The notes under the pieces: generated by a model
What the model saw: the letters and a program-made list of their open reading frames with translations, nothing else
Told to the model about the DNA's origin: nothing
Database searches by the model: none
Origin: an uncultured bacterium
Lineage (GTDB): Bacteria; Patescibacteriota; JABMPQ01; CAVVCK01
Length of the DNA: 64,000 bases
Direction: 5' to 3'
NCBI GenBank assembly: GCA_963746775.1
Contig: CAVVCK010000002.1
Location: 75,571 to 139,570 of the forward strand
Made by a program: the position numbers and the translations under genes
Shown: positions 11,300-21,428 of the stretch, in pieces
Layout of the letters: the number at the start of each line of letters is the position of its first letter
Position numbering within the stretch: the stretch's first letter is position 1

Positions 11300-11720
11300 T
11301 TTTTGCTGTAAATAGTAAGTATTTTCTAGCTAAAAAGTTCCATAGAAAAACGATAAAAATAGCAATAATCTTAGATAAAATATACCACAAATTAAATGTG
11401 GTTGTTAGAATCCACAAGACGATCCCATTAAATAACAGTCCAATAAAGCCAATAATGAAAAAAAATAGTATCTCTTTGCTAGCTTGATATTTATTTTTTG
11501 TAAAAATCCATATTTTACTTAGAACATAATTCACAATTCCTCCGATGACAAAACTAAGTGTGGCAGATACTAAATAATATAAATTAACATATTCAGTTAG
11601 TATAAATAATATGGAAATATCTAATATAGCCGACACGCTCCCAACAAATAAATATCTGAATAATTGAATATAGATATCTTCTGTTTTTTTCTTAAAAATG
11701 ATATTGAGAAAATATAGCAA
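11286..11720 (-). CDS. GtrA-family lipid-linked sugar flippase
   Basis: Four TMs; QLFRYLFVG...WNFLARKY pattern. Confidence 0.85.
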   Translation of the reverse strand: MLYFLNIIFKKKTEDIYIQLFRYLFVGSVSAILDISILFILTEYVNLYYLVSATLSFVIGGIVNYVLSKIWIFTKNKYQASKEILFFFIIGFIGLLFNGIVLWILTTTFNLWYILSKIIAIFIVFLWNFLARKYLLFTAKNEYK

Positions 11721-11740
11721 TTTATTTTAATCTATTATTT

Positions 11741-12232
11741 TTATTTTCTAAAAATACCCCACTGAGACAACATGCCGACTTTTTTTATCTTTTTTTCTTT
11801 AAAATAAGTAATGTTTTGAATATAAATACAATTATGTTTACTTGTTCTTTTTTGATTTAAATTAACTTTTTCTAAAAATTTACAAAACCAGTCAAAATAT
11901 GGAACTGGAGTTGTGATTAATAACTCTCCTCCTTTTTTTAATAGATCATAACACTCTTTGAAGCAATTAATATGCTCTACTACTTCAAAAATAATTATTA
12001 TATCAAAAGATTCTTTTTTTAATCCTAGGGTTTTCCAGTTTTTAATACTGCCAACAATATCGGCAGGTGGTTTTATGTCTATTCCTGTATAAAATTTGTA
12101 CTGGTTCTTTAAAAAATAGCTTTTTACCCACCCTTCTCCACATCCAATTTCTAATATCCTACTATCTTTTGGGATATTCTTTAAAAAGTAATTTATTTTT
12201 TTTGCTTTAGCTATTTCACTCAATAAAGGCAT
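11741..12232 (-). CDS. Class I SAM-dependent methyltransferase
   Basis: ILEIGCGEG, EVVEHI, LKKGG. Confidence 0.85.
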   Translation of the reverse strand: MPLLSEIAKAKKINYFLKNIPKDSRILEIGCGEGWVKSYFLKNQYKFYTGIDIKPPADIVGSIKNWKTLGLKKESFDIIIIFEVVEHINCFKECYDLLKKGGELLITTPVPYFDWFCKFLEKVNLNQKRTSKHNCIYIQNITYFKEKKIKKVGMLSQWGIFRK

Positions 12233-12346
12233 ATTATTATAAAGTTATTTATATATTTTAATATTTTTAAGGATTAATTCTGAATTATTATTCAATACAG
12301 GCTCAATTACAATATTTCAATAAGTCTATCGTATTTTTCCTGGTAA

Positions 12347-13921
12347 TTATTTTTTTAAATATACAGCATGCAAGCTATTATTTGTAATAATATTAATATA
12401 TTCAGATTCTAATGTTCCACTCTGGCTAAAAAATACTTCTGATTGGTTTTTATTAAGAACCAATATTATATCTGGCTTTCCGTTCATATTTTCTATGGTT
12501 TTGTCTTTAAACTTATTTTTCCATTTTTTTTCTAATCTTCTTTCATACTCTTTAGTATATTCTCTTTCTATTAGATAACCATATAAATTATTAACCCCCT
12601 CAATAGTTAAATATGTTATTGATGAAGAAATAACTTCAGACTTCTCTAATGGATCAAAGACAAAAAGTATTTTTGAATCTGATTTGGTGTTTTTTGTAAC
12701 AGTTGACAATAATTCATTAGTTTCTTTTCCTTCCTTGGCAAAGTTAGTAGCTTCTACCTTCACTGTCCAAAAAGATAAGGTAATAAAAATAAAAATAACT
12801 AAATAAACTAATCTTCTGCAAAATATTTTTTTAGTATTTTTTACAATAATAATAGCTAAAACAGATAATCCTAAAATACTTGGTAATAAATAACGCTCAG
12901 CCATCCCTGACTTTGAGTATAAGAATATATTAGGTAAAACAATCATTATAGAAAAAGAAAGGTAAAGTAAAAGATATTTTATTGATTGAATAAACTTCTT
13001 TTTTCTTTCATTTTTTATAAACAAGAAGGACATTCCATGTATTACTATTAAAATCAGTAATAATATTAACCAGCCTAATAAAGAATTTTTATTTAGTATA
13101 ATATTTTTTATTCCTTTAAGATATCCGTAGACAGATAAACCTGTCCCGGCATATCCGATTTTATCTGTTCCTACTACATATTTAATAAACCATAATTCAA
13201 ATAACATTATTATCATTGGTAATGCTAATAGCAAATTATTTTCAATGCTTTTCTTCATTGGAATATTAAATGTATTTTTTTCATTCCAAATTTTAAATAA
13301 TACAAAAGCTGGAATTATAATAACAAAACTTTCTTTACTTAAAGAAGCTAAAATTAAAAAAATAATAAATAGTATTGTATTCAATAAATATCTCTTCTTT
13401 TTAATGCACTTTGTCATAAAATAAAAACTAAATCCAAGAAATACCATGCCTATTGTTTCATTTGGCCCAAGCCGCCACCATATAGCCATTTGTGATCCTA
13501 TAAATGTTAAAAATATAAAAATTAACGATAGAAATACAGAAAGATTTAATTTTCTAGCACCTATGTAAAAAAGAGAAAAGGTCAAGGCTGCCAAAATTCC
13601 AGTATAAAATGAAAGAATAAAAAAATTAATTCCTAATAGTTTTATTTCTAAAACTCGATGTAAAAAATATATCGGCCTAAAACGAATATTAAAATCATTA
13701 CCGATCCATTCAGTTGACACATCTATAAAGGAATTACTTTCTAAATCAGAATGAATTTTTAACATTTCATGATCATCTATAAAATGATAACCTGAATTAA
13801 GCGTTCCAGTAAGAAATAAAAATAATAAAATACCAACAAAAAATAAAGTCACTATAGAATAATCAAAATATTTAGTACCTTTAAATTTTGAAACATACTT
13901 TATTATATTTCCTAGACTCAT
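12347..13921 (-). CDS. Multi-pass membrane protein, probable GT-C glycosyltransferase
   Basis: IDDH loop, RFRP, SKES, ERYLL, many TMs. Confidence 0.6.
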   Translation of the reverse strand: MSLGNIIKYVSKFKGTKYFDYSIVTLFFVGILLFLFLTGTLNSGYHFIDDHEMLKIHSDLESNSFIDVSTEWIGNDFNIRFRPIYFLHRVLEIKLLGINFFILSFYTGILAALTFSLFYIGARKLNLSVFLSLIFIFLTFIGSQMAIWWRLGPNETIGMVFLGFSFYFMTKCIKKKRYLLNTILFIIFLILASLSKESFVIIIPAFVLFKIWNEKNTFNIPMKKSIENNLLLALPMIIMLFELWFIKYVVGTDKIGYAGTGLSVYGYLKGIKNIILNKNSLLGWLILLLILIVIHGMSFLFIKNERKKKFIQSIKYLLLYLSFSIMIVLPNIFLYSKSGMAERYLLPSILGLSVLAIIIVKNTKKIFCRRLVYLVIFIFITLSFWTVKVEATNFAKEGKETNELLSTVTKNTKSDSKILFVFDPLEKSEVISSSITYLTIEGVNNLYGYLIEREYTKEYERRLEKKWKNKFKDKTIENMNGKPDIILVLNKNQSEVFFSQSGTLESEYINIITNNSLHAVYLKK

Positions 13922-14247
13922 TTGATAATTAAAATTATTGATATAGCTCCTATTAGAATTCCCAAGAATTGTTTTAAAGCTATCTCCTCCTTAAATAAAA
14001 ATATTCCAGCAAAAACAACCCCCAGCATTGTACCGATTGTCATAATGGGACTAATTTTACTAAGATTAAATATTTTTAAAATATAGGCATAAATCCCGAA
14101 AGAAAATAAATAAAACAATCCACCAAAAATAAAATAAACAAAAAAATTAAATTCTTTCAAAAAAGTAAAATCACTGGATTTTTTTAACATAATCTGAGCT
14201 AGGGCACTAAACAAAATACCAAATATTATTAGTAAAATTTTAATCAT
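13918..14247 (-). CDS. SMR/EamA-like small transporter (ArnE/F-like)
   Basis: 109 aa, four TMs, AQIMLK, FKEEI. Confidence 0.75.
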   Translation of the reverse strand: MIKILLIIFGILFSALAQIMLKKSSDFTFLKEFNFFVYFIFGGLFYLFSFGIYAYILKIFNLSKISPIMTIGTMLGVVFAGIFLFKEEIALKQFLGILIGAISIILIIK

Positions 14248-15172
14248 TGTTTTTCTCTTTAATTATATAGTTAGGTCTTTTTTTTGATTCCATAAATAAT
14301 TTCCCAATATATTCTCCTAAAATACCAATCATAATCATTTGAATGCCACCAATAAACAATATGCCAACAAGTACAGACGCCCACCCTGACAATGCTCTAT
14401 CCGTGAATAATTTTATAATAATTGCATATACCCCATATATAAATGCTACAGCAGCCATTATATAACCAAATATAGTAGAAATACGTAGTGGTTTTATACT
14501 AAAACTAGTAATGCCATCAATAGCAAATTTCATCATTTTTTTTAGAGTATATTTTGTCTTTCCATGGTACCTTTCGTCTGGCATATATTCGATTCCATAT
14601 TGTCTAAATCCAAGCCAAGAAATCATCCCTCTTAAAAAAAGATTACTTTCTTCAAAAGTTTTTATTATTTCCACTACTCTTCTATCTAACAAACGAAAAT
14701 CTGCAATACCTTTTTTAATTTTAACATCTGAAAAGTTATTCATAATATTATAAAAAATATTTGCTGTTTTTCTTTTAAAGAATGACAATCTCTGATTATC
14801 TTGACGAATTGTATATACTATATCATTACCTTCCTGCCATTTTCCAATTAATTTTGGAATAATATTTGGTGGATGCTGAAGATCACCATCCATAGAAATT
14901 ACACAATCACCAGTTGCAAAGTCTAAGCCAGCTCGTAAAGCATTTTGGTGACCAAAATTACGAGAAAATGATAAATAGTAAATTTTATTATTTTGTTTTC
15001 TTAATTTTTTTATAATTTTTAATGTATTATCAGTGCTTCCATCATCAATAAACAACAACTCATAATCAAAGTGATTTTCCAAAATATCTGTTATTTTTTT
15101 AACTAATATTTCTATATTTCCTTCTTCATTAAAGACTGGAATAATTACTGATGTTTTAAAATTATTATTCAT
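14240..15172 (-). CDS. GT2 GtrB-like bactoprenol glycosyltransferase
   Basis: SRNFGHQ, DGDLQHPP, DFRLLDR, GEYIG..KRPNY. Confidence 0.9.
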   Translation of the reverse strand: MNNNFKTSVIIPVFNEEGNIEILVKKITDILENHFDYELLFIDDGSTDNTLKIIKKLRKQNNKIYYLSFSRNFGHQNALRAGLDFATGDCVISMDGDLQHPPNIIPKLIGKWQEGNDIVYTIRQDNQRLSFFKRKTANIFYNIMNNFSDVKIKKGIADFRLLDRRVVEIIKTFEESNLFLRGMISWLGFRQYGIEYMPDERYHGKTKYTLKKMMKFAIDGITSFSIKPLRISTIFGYIMAAVAFIYGVYAIIIKLFTDRALSGWASVLVGILFIGGIQMIMIGILGEYIGKLFMESKKRPNYIIKEKNND

Positions 15173-15183
15173 TTTATATAATC

Positions 15184-16641
15184 TTATTTTAACTTATATA
15201 CTTGAAATTGTTTATTTTCAAAAACCATTTTATTATTTTGCTTTAAGTAATTTTGAGTATTTTCTTTGTCTATATTTTTTGTAAAAACAAAATAATTAAT
15301 TTCTGACTCTTTCAAAAATTTAACGGAGTCTATTTTCACAGATTTTCTTTCCGTAAATAAATACATTACCCTAGGTTTAAAAAATACTATTGTCTCTTCT
15401 TCTGGAATATTATTTTTTACATACTTAAACAATTCTATTGAATTGTTAGCATAAGGGCCATTTAGTGAATTATTTACCTTGAAAATGGTTAAATTTTGAA
15501 TTGAAAAAAATATTAATAAGAAAATACCTAGAGTATAAATAATTTTTTTCGAACTAAGCCTAACAATATTTTTAAAGTCAATAATTTGTAATCCTAGTAT
15601 AACAAAAAATAAATAGAAAGGAATAAGTGTTATAATAAATCTTAGCCCTTGTTGGTAAGGATAAATAAGAAACAATCCAAAAGTTAATATAGAAAATAAC
15701 GTATAAAGATAATATTTCTTAAAATCTTTTAAAAAACCTAACACGAAAAAGAAAATGCTAGTGTTATAAATAGCATTAAAAAGATATGTTTTATGAATTC
15801 CTAAAAAATTAGGTAAATAATTTTTATTTCCAAAAAATTTAGCAAATACATCTAAATAATAATAAAAATTATAGGCTACTTGATTTAGAAAATTATTCGG
15901 GAGCAGAGAATGATTGGCCGCATACGAGCCTGATGGCAATATTACTAATACCAATAAATAAGTTATCAGAGATATTAAATATGGCAAACTTTCATCAATT
16001 ATATTAGAAAATCTATGAAACCATTTTTTATATTCAATTAATTGAACTAAGGGTAATAATATAAAGATAATTATAGAATTAGTTCTTATAAAAACACTCA
16101 TAAACATACTAAATCCTAAAATAATTAAACATATTCTTTTTGCCTTTAGTCTTTTTTTTTCACAATAAATCTTCTGAATTAAAAAAACAGACAATAGTAA
16201 AAAAAACATAGCTGGTATATCTGAAAGAACATTTTGCTTAAATAAAAAAAAGAAAGGAGAAGTAGCTATAAGTAAAATTAAAATTAACGATAAATGTTTA
16301 TCTAACTTAGCTTTAAATAAATAATATAAAATAATTAAAGAGCTGATAAAAAAAATATAAGTGACAATTTTCAATATTAATATATTAGCACCAAATAATA
16401 TTATTACTGGAGTTAAAATCAAGGGATAACCCCAAGGATATAGATCTGGTCCAACTTGCTTTTCAGAAAAAGAAACTCTAAAATCTGAGGCATTCACTAG
16501 ATTGTTTATTTTGTTTTCCACTAAAGCCCTTGATTGTCCAATATAGCCGCTAAAATCTCCTCCCCAATTATGTTCTTTATTTAAAGTAGCAATGTTAATA
16601 AAAATTATGATAATAATAAGAGATAATAAAACTTTTTTCAT
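15184..16641 (-). CDS. ArnT-like GT-C membrane glycosyltransferase
   Basis: WGGDFSGY, YPWGYP, VLSDIP, many TMs. Confidence 0.7.
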   Translation of the reverse strand: MKKVLLSLIIIIIFINIATLNKEHNWGGDFSGYIGQSRALVENKINNLVNASDFRVSFSEKQVGPDLYPWGYPLILTPVIILFGANILILKIVTYIFFISSLIILYYLFKAKLDKHLSLILILLIATSPFFFLFKQNVLSDIPAMFFLLLSVFLIQKIYCEKKRLKAKRICLIILGFSMFMSVFIRTNSIIIFILLPLVQLIEYKKWFHRFSNIIDESLPYLISLITYLLVLVILPSGSYAANHSLLPNNFLNQVAYNFYYYLDVFAKFFGNKNYLPNFLGIHKTYLFNAIYNTSIFFFVLGFLKDFKKYYLYTLFSILTFGLFLIYPYQQGLRFIITLIPFYLFFVILGLQIIDFKNIVRLSSKKIIYTLGIFLLIFFSIQNLTIFKVNNSLNGPYANNSIELFKYVKNNIPEEETIVFFKPRVMYLFTERKSVKIDSVKFLKESEINYFVFTKNIDKENTQNYLKQNNKMVFENKQFQVYKLK

Positions 16642-16709
16642 TTAAATTTTTATATTGTTGATTGATAGCTCATCCTTTAGTTTTGGATAATATATTTATA
16701 TATTGTTTT

Positions 16710-17354
16710 CTAAAATTTATATTTAAATAATTCTATATCATCATTAAATAAATTTTTTACTATATTTCTTGTTTCGCTAGTATAATATTCTTTATAATTT
16801 TTATGAGTTGAAATGTTTGTTTTTTTTAATACAGCCTTTACTTTGATTTTATCACAAACTTTTTGAAAATCTTTTTCTAAATTTTCAAATCTACCTACAA
16901 AATCAATAATATTTTTATTTTGATCATCAAAAATATAATTTTTTTGTTGACTAACACGTTTAGTTTTTCCAATTATATATACATAATCTCTAAAAGTATT
17001 TTTTTTATTAATTTTAAGGATTTTTTGAAGATCTTTTCTTTTCTGAATTATATAAAAATAGTGAGAAACAATTTTATCCCAAGGGTTCCTTATGAAAGTA
17101 AATTTATAGTAATCTTCCCATATATTTTTATCAATTTTCTTCTTTATTTGTAACGCCGTAAGGTGTTGGAGACAAATCAATCTCTTTTTTTCTTGCAAAT
17201 TTAAACCATCTTTAATACTGTATCTGTTGCCATTTGAATCTTCAAAACCAAATAAATCATTGTTCCTGTTTAAATCCAAACAATCCTCAACACTATCTCC
17301 TCCGGTTTTTGGAATATGGATAAATATAAATTTTTGCTTATGTGATATAGGCAT
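16710..17354 (-). CDS. Sulfotransferase family 2 protein
   Basis: FIHIPKTGG (5'-PSB), RNPWDKIVS (3'-PB), GRFENL. Confidence 0.85.
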   Translation of the reverse strand: MPISHKQKFIFIHIPKTGGDSVEDCLDLNRNNDLFGFEDSNGNRYSIKDGLNLQEKKRLICLQHLTALQIKKKIDKNIWEDYYKFTFIRNPWDKIVSHYFYIIQKRKDLQKILKINKKNTFRDYVYIIGKTKRVSQQKNYIFDDQNKNIIDFVGRFENLEKDFQKVCDKIKVKAVLKKTNISTHKNYKEYYTSETRNIVKNLFNDDIELFKYKF

Positions 17355-17428
17355 CTTAGAAAATTTTAATAATTATTTCAGTAAAAGTTCATTTCTCTGT
17401 AGTCAAAAATTATGCGCAATATCTAATT

Positions 17429-18367
17429 TTAAAATAAATTACTACTATCCAAATTAAAATACTCTTTAGCAACCAATCTATTTGATTCTCTGTATTTATT
17501 AGTAATATAATTAAATAGTTCTTTATTCATTTTAAGTTTTTTATTTTTAAAATATTTTTTATTTATGTTATTTATTTTTTCAATTGAAGAAGAACCGTGC
17601 CATGTTTTTGCTTCATGTTTTATAAGGTAGTGTATTTTATTAATTATTCTTAAAACTCTCAACGTATTAACATTTAATGATATATTTTTATTTTCAATGT
17701 CCCTTAGATTGTTATACTCAATAGGGAAAATAGAAATGAAATCATCTATTAAATTATTATCTTTAAAATTATTTTTATTGAACACCCTAACGATAATATT
17801 CTCTTTTTTAAAAACGGAGCTCCAAAAATTTAATAATTGATAATAATCAAAGTTACTATAATTAATACTTCTTATCCAATCAGAAAATTTCTCAGAACAA
17901 CCACTTTTAACAGCAGTAGAATACAAGCTTGTGAAAAATAAATCCTGTCTTCTTAAATAAATTATTATTTTTATATCACCAGAAATTAAATGTAACAATT
18001 CATATAATTTATTAATTTCTTCTGAATTTCTTATTCTACTACTTAAAAGTTCGCTACTTAGAATAATCGAATAAGATTTTATCATTTTTTTACATTTTCT
18101 AACAAAAATCTGAGGAAATTCTTTTTGAAATTTATTATATTCATTCATATTCATTTGTTTCATTCTTCTTATGTCTACAGAATGTTTAGGATTAGAAGAA
18201 TACATGGATAAATCAAAACAATAAATTCCAAGAAATTTTGGATAAATATAGCCCTGTTTTAATATTTTATTCCTATTTTGCCATAAAAAATTTTGAATTG
18301 TAGTTGTACCTGTCTTTTCTGTACCAATGTGTAGGTATATAGTTTTATTTTCTTTTTTTCTTTTCAT
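17429..18367 (-). CDS. Sulfotransferase-like P-loop protein
   Basis: LHIGTEKTGTTTIQ, LSSE, YLRRQD. Confidence 0.75.
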   Translation of the reverse strand: MKRKKENKTIYLHIGTEKTGTTTIQNFLWQNRNKILKQGYIYPKFLGIYCFDLSMYSSNPKHSVDIRRMKQMNMNEYNKFQKEFPQIFVRKCKKMIKSYSIILSSELLSSRIRNSEEINKLYELLHLISGDIKIIIYLRRQDLFFTSLYSTAVKSGCSEKFSDWIRSINYSNFDYYQLLNFWSSVFKKENIIVRVFNKNNFKDNNLIDDFISIFPIEYNNLRDIENKNISLNVNTLRVLRIINKIHYLIKHEAKTWHGSSSIEKINNINKKYFKNKKLKMNKELFNYITNKYRESNRLVAKEYFNLDSSNLF

Positions 18368-18506
18368 ATTAAAAAATCTTTGAATTATTATTTTTGTTAA
18401 AAAGCCGCTTCCAAATTTTTATTAAACAAAAATACTCTTGCACTTACAATAAAGTAATTTATTTGTTATTGATGTAATAATATTATGTATCGCTATAAAA
18501 ACATTT

Positions 18507-18674
18507 TTATTTTTTCCTTATTTTCTTTAATGGTGCAAGAGTACCTCTACCATACTTAATATAATTCCAAGTTCGTTTAATTGTTTTTTTTAAACCTTCA
18601 TTTTGTAAATTTGATAAAGCTGAATCAGTAAGATACCTTAGTTTAAATTTGTATATAAATTTATTTACTATCAT
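18507..18674 (-). pseudogene. 55-aa ORF, probably the truncated N-terminus of a glycan-locus gene
   Basis: [44 protein letters not shown]..., in operon orientation. Confidence 0.35.
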
Positions 18675-18722
18675 AATTTCAAATTTTAATTAATTTTATC
18701 ACAAGTAAATTTTTTATTACTA

Positions 18723-19268
18723 TTATTGAATGTCAGTATCAAAGAAAGGAAAATACCTTGATTTATATCGTAAATTTTTATTTCGTGTTTTTATTACTTT
18801 AGCCGGATTGCCAACAGCTATATTATAGGCAGGAATATCTTTTGTGACAACTGCTCCTGCACCAATCACTGCTCCCTCTCCTATAACCACCCCTGGAAGA
18901 ATAATCACTCTTGTTCCAATCCATGCGTTATCTCTAATAATAACCGGTTTTACTAAACAAGCAAAGTCTGGATTCTGTGGATCATGAGTTAAGGTTTGAA
19001 TTAATGTTTGATGAGAAATATTAACATTATTTCCAATTTTAACACCAGCACGTCCATCTAAATATGTCTGTCTATTAACTACGGTATTATTACCAATCTC
19101 TATCTTAGATCCAGTTACAAAACAATTCATATGTATACTAGAATTTTTACCAATTTTTAAATGACAAAAATGTCTTAGAAACCAATGTCGTAAAGTATAA
19201 GATGGTATTTTAGCAAATAAATGATTTGCCAAGTAAAAGCATAGGGCAAAAATTATTTTAATCAACAT
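18723..19268 (-). CDS. Hexapeptide-repeat O-acyltransferase
   Basis: WIGTRVIILPGVVIGEGAVIGAGAVVTKD. Confidence 0.9.
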   Translation of the reverse strand: MLIKIIFALCFYLANHLFAKIPSYTLRHWFLRHFCHLKIGKNSSIHMNCFVTGSKIEIGNNTVVNRQTYLDGRAGVKIGNNVNISHQTLIQTLTHDPQNPDFACLVKPVIIRDNAWIGTRVIILPGVVIGEGAVIGAGAVVTKDIPAYNIAVGNPAKVIKTRNKNLRYKSRYFPFFDTDIQ

Positions 19269-20505
19269 TTTGTTTATAACTTTTTGCTAAATTTGAAAAT
19301 ATTTTCTCGTATTCAATTATAGTATTTTTTAAATTGTAATATTTTATTATTTTATCTCTTCCCTTTTTCCCAGCATTTTTCCAGTACTCTTCATTATCTG
19401 TAAATTTTATCATAGCAGCAGCTAAATCATTCGCAGTATTATAATTTTTCTTGTTATAAGCAATATCATCTAATATCTGAGAATTAAAATCTGTAATATT
19501 TCCATATTCGTTTTTTATAATAATCCCAATATCATTATTTTCTATTACTTCTGACGAACCTCCGGTATCAGTTAATATCATAGGTTTCCTGTAAAACATA
19601 GCTTCATTCATTGCAATACTCCAACCCTCTATAAAAGAAGGAAGTAAAAATGCATCAGTAATATTATAAAATGACTCTATATTTGAGAAATATCCTGGCA
19701 TAATTATGTGTTTATTTAAGCCTTCTTTATTTAGATAATTTTGAAATTCTTCTATATGGTTTGGATTTATTATATTTCCTATACAAAGTATTTTAATGTT
19801 TTTGCGTTTTTTTAAAATATTTTTCATTGCATCAGCCATTAAATAATGTCCTTTGTGTAAATTATATGAGGCTACATTTAAAAATATATAATCATTTTTT
19901 GCTAATCCAAAATCATTTCTATTAATTTTATTTATGTTTTTCTCTCTCTGAAGATGTTCATCAATATTTAAACCATTGGAAATTGTGATAATTTTTTTAT
20001 TAGGAATTCCTAAAATTTTATTAGCATATATAGTCGCATTTTTCGATACAGATATATATAAATCAACATATAAATCATTTTCTTTAAATTTTTGTAATGC
20101 AGAATTATCTAAAAATGCATAAACATTATGAATAAATGTAATATTGGGAATTTTATTATTTTTTAATATTTTATACCCAAAATTAGAAAAATGGGAACAG
20201 CTTAAATTTATATTTTCTTTTTTTATAATTTTAGAATATTTTTTAGCTTTATTAAATAATCCAGCTAGATTATATGTTTTTATTCCCTTAGCTAGTGCTA
20301 TTTTACTCATATGTCCTGCTTTATTAATATTCACAATAACTGGATTAAATTTCTCTTTATCTAAAAATAAAGCATGATCCAAAATAACTTTTTGTAATCC
20401 GCCTTTATCAAAAGAATCTACCTCGATTAAAAGATTTATTTTTTTATCATCTTTAACAAATCTTGATTTGTTTTTCTTGAATAAATTTTTTAATAAATTT
20501 TTCAC
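19258..20505 (-). CDS. Glycosyltransferase family 4
   Basis: GGLQKV, KGHY, PSFIEGWSIAMNEAM. Confidence 0.9.
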   Translation of the reverse strand: MKNLLKNLFKKNKSRFVKDDKKINLLIEVDSFDKGGLQKVILDHALFLDKEKFNPVIVNINKAGHMSKIALAKGIKTYNLAGLFNKAKKYSKIIKKENINLSCSHFSNFGYKILKNNKIPNITFIHNVYAFLDNSALQKFKENDLYVDLYISVSKNATIYANKILGIPNKKIITISNGLNIDEHLQREKNINKINRNDFGLAKNDYIFLNVASYNLHKGHYLMADAMKNILKKRKNIKILCIGNIINPNHIEEFQNYLNKEGLNKHIIMPGYFSNIESFYNITDAFLLPSFIEGWSIAMNEAMFYRKPMILTDTGGSSEVIENNDIGIIIKNEYGNITDFNSQILDDIAYNKKNYNTANDLAAAMIKFTDNEEYWKNAGKKGRDKIIKYYNLKNTIIEYEKIFSNLAKSYKQNVD

Positions 20506-21428
20506 TATTTTAGCATAGCTATTAATAATAATTTTGTTTCATCTTGCATAATTAAATCATAAAATTTATTTCTATCTTTAATATTAATATAAAGCATTAT
20601 ACATAAGATAATAATATTTGATAAATTTTTATTTTTTAAAAATAATTTTAGATATTCTATATTTTCAGGTAATAATTTTTTGATTAAATTAATATTATCT
20701 TCGACAACTGAAACGGCTGTTACTGCAGCCACTTCAATTTGCACTTTCGTAACAGTTTCTTTAATTGTATTTGATGAATGAATTCTATATTGAATATGAA
20801 CATGATTATCATAATAATACTCTGCTTGTCGCAAAGATGTAATTATAAAATCTAAATCATGACAATAACGCAATGGTTGAAATCCACCCACAGATTCCCA
20901 TAATTTCTTTGTAAAAAATAAGTTCGAAGTTGTTGTTATAAAATTTTCATTTAAAATTGATAATTGTAGGTAATTTGTTTTTTTAAAATAATCTAGCGCT
21001 CTTTTACGCCACTCCTTCTCCACTCCCGAGGTTATTATAGAACCTTTATCATTAATAAATTCTATTTCGCCAAAAATTAATTCAATCTTTGGATTATTTT
21101 GAATAATATCAACACATCTTCTAATTTTATCCTCTTTATAAATATCATCAGAATTTAGAACACTAATATATTCACCTGTTGCTAAGCTAATACATCTATT
21201 AATAGTATTATGAGCACCGGCATTTTCTTGTGAATAAAATTTAATATTTGAATATTTTTCTGCAAAATCCTTACAAATATCAGCAGAATTATCTTCTGAT
21301 CCATCATCAATTATTATTAATTCTATATTCTTATATGTTTGATTCAATACACTTTTAATTGTTCTCTTTATATATTTTTCATGGTTATAAGAAGGAATAA
21401 CCATGCTTACCTTCTTCATGTTTTTCAT
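20505..21428 (-). CDS. Glycosyltransferase family 2
   Basis: IPSYNHE, DDGSED, LNSDD, HDLDF. Confidence 0.9.
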   Translation of the reverse strand: MKNMKKVSMVIPSYNHEKYIKRTIKSVLNQTYKNIELIIIDDGSEDNSADICKDFAEKYSNIKFYSQENAGAHNTINRCISLATGEYISVLNSDDIYKEDKIRRCVDIIQNNPKIELIFGEIEFINDKGSIITSGVEKEWRKRALDYFKKTNYLQLSILNENFITTTSNLFFTKKLWESVGGFQPLRYCHDLDFIITSLRQAEYYYDNHVHIQYRIHSSNTIKETVTKVQIEVAAVTAVSVVEDNINLIKKLLPENIEYLKLFLKNKNLSNIIILCIMLYINIKDRNKFYDLIMQDETKLLLIAMLK

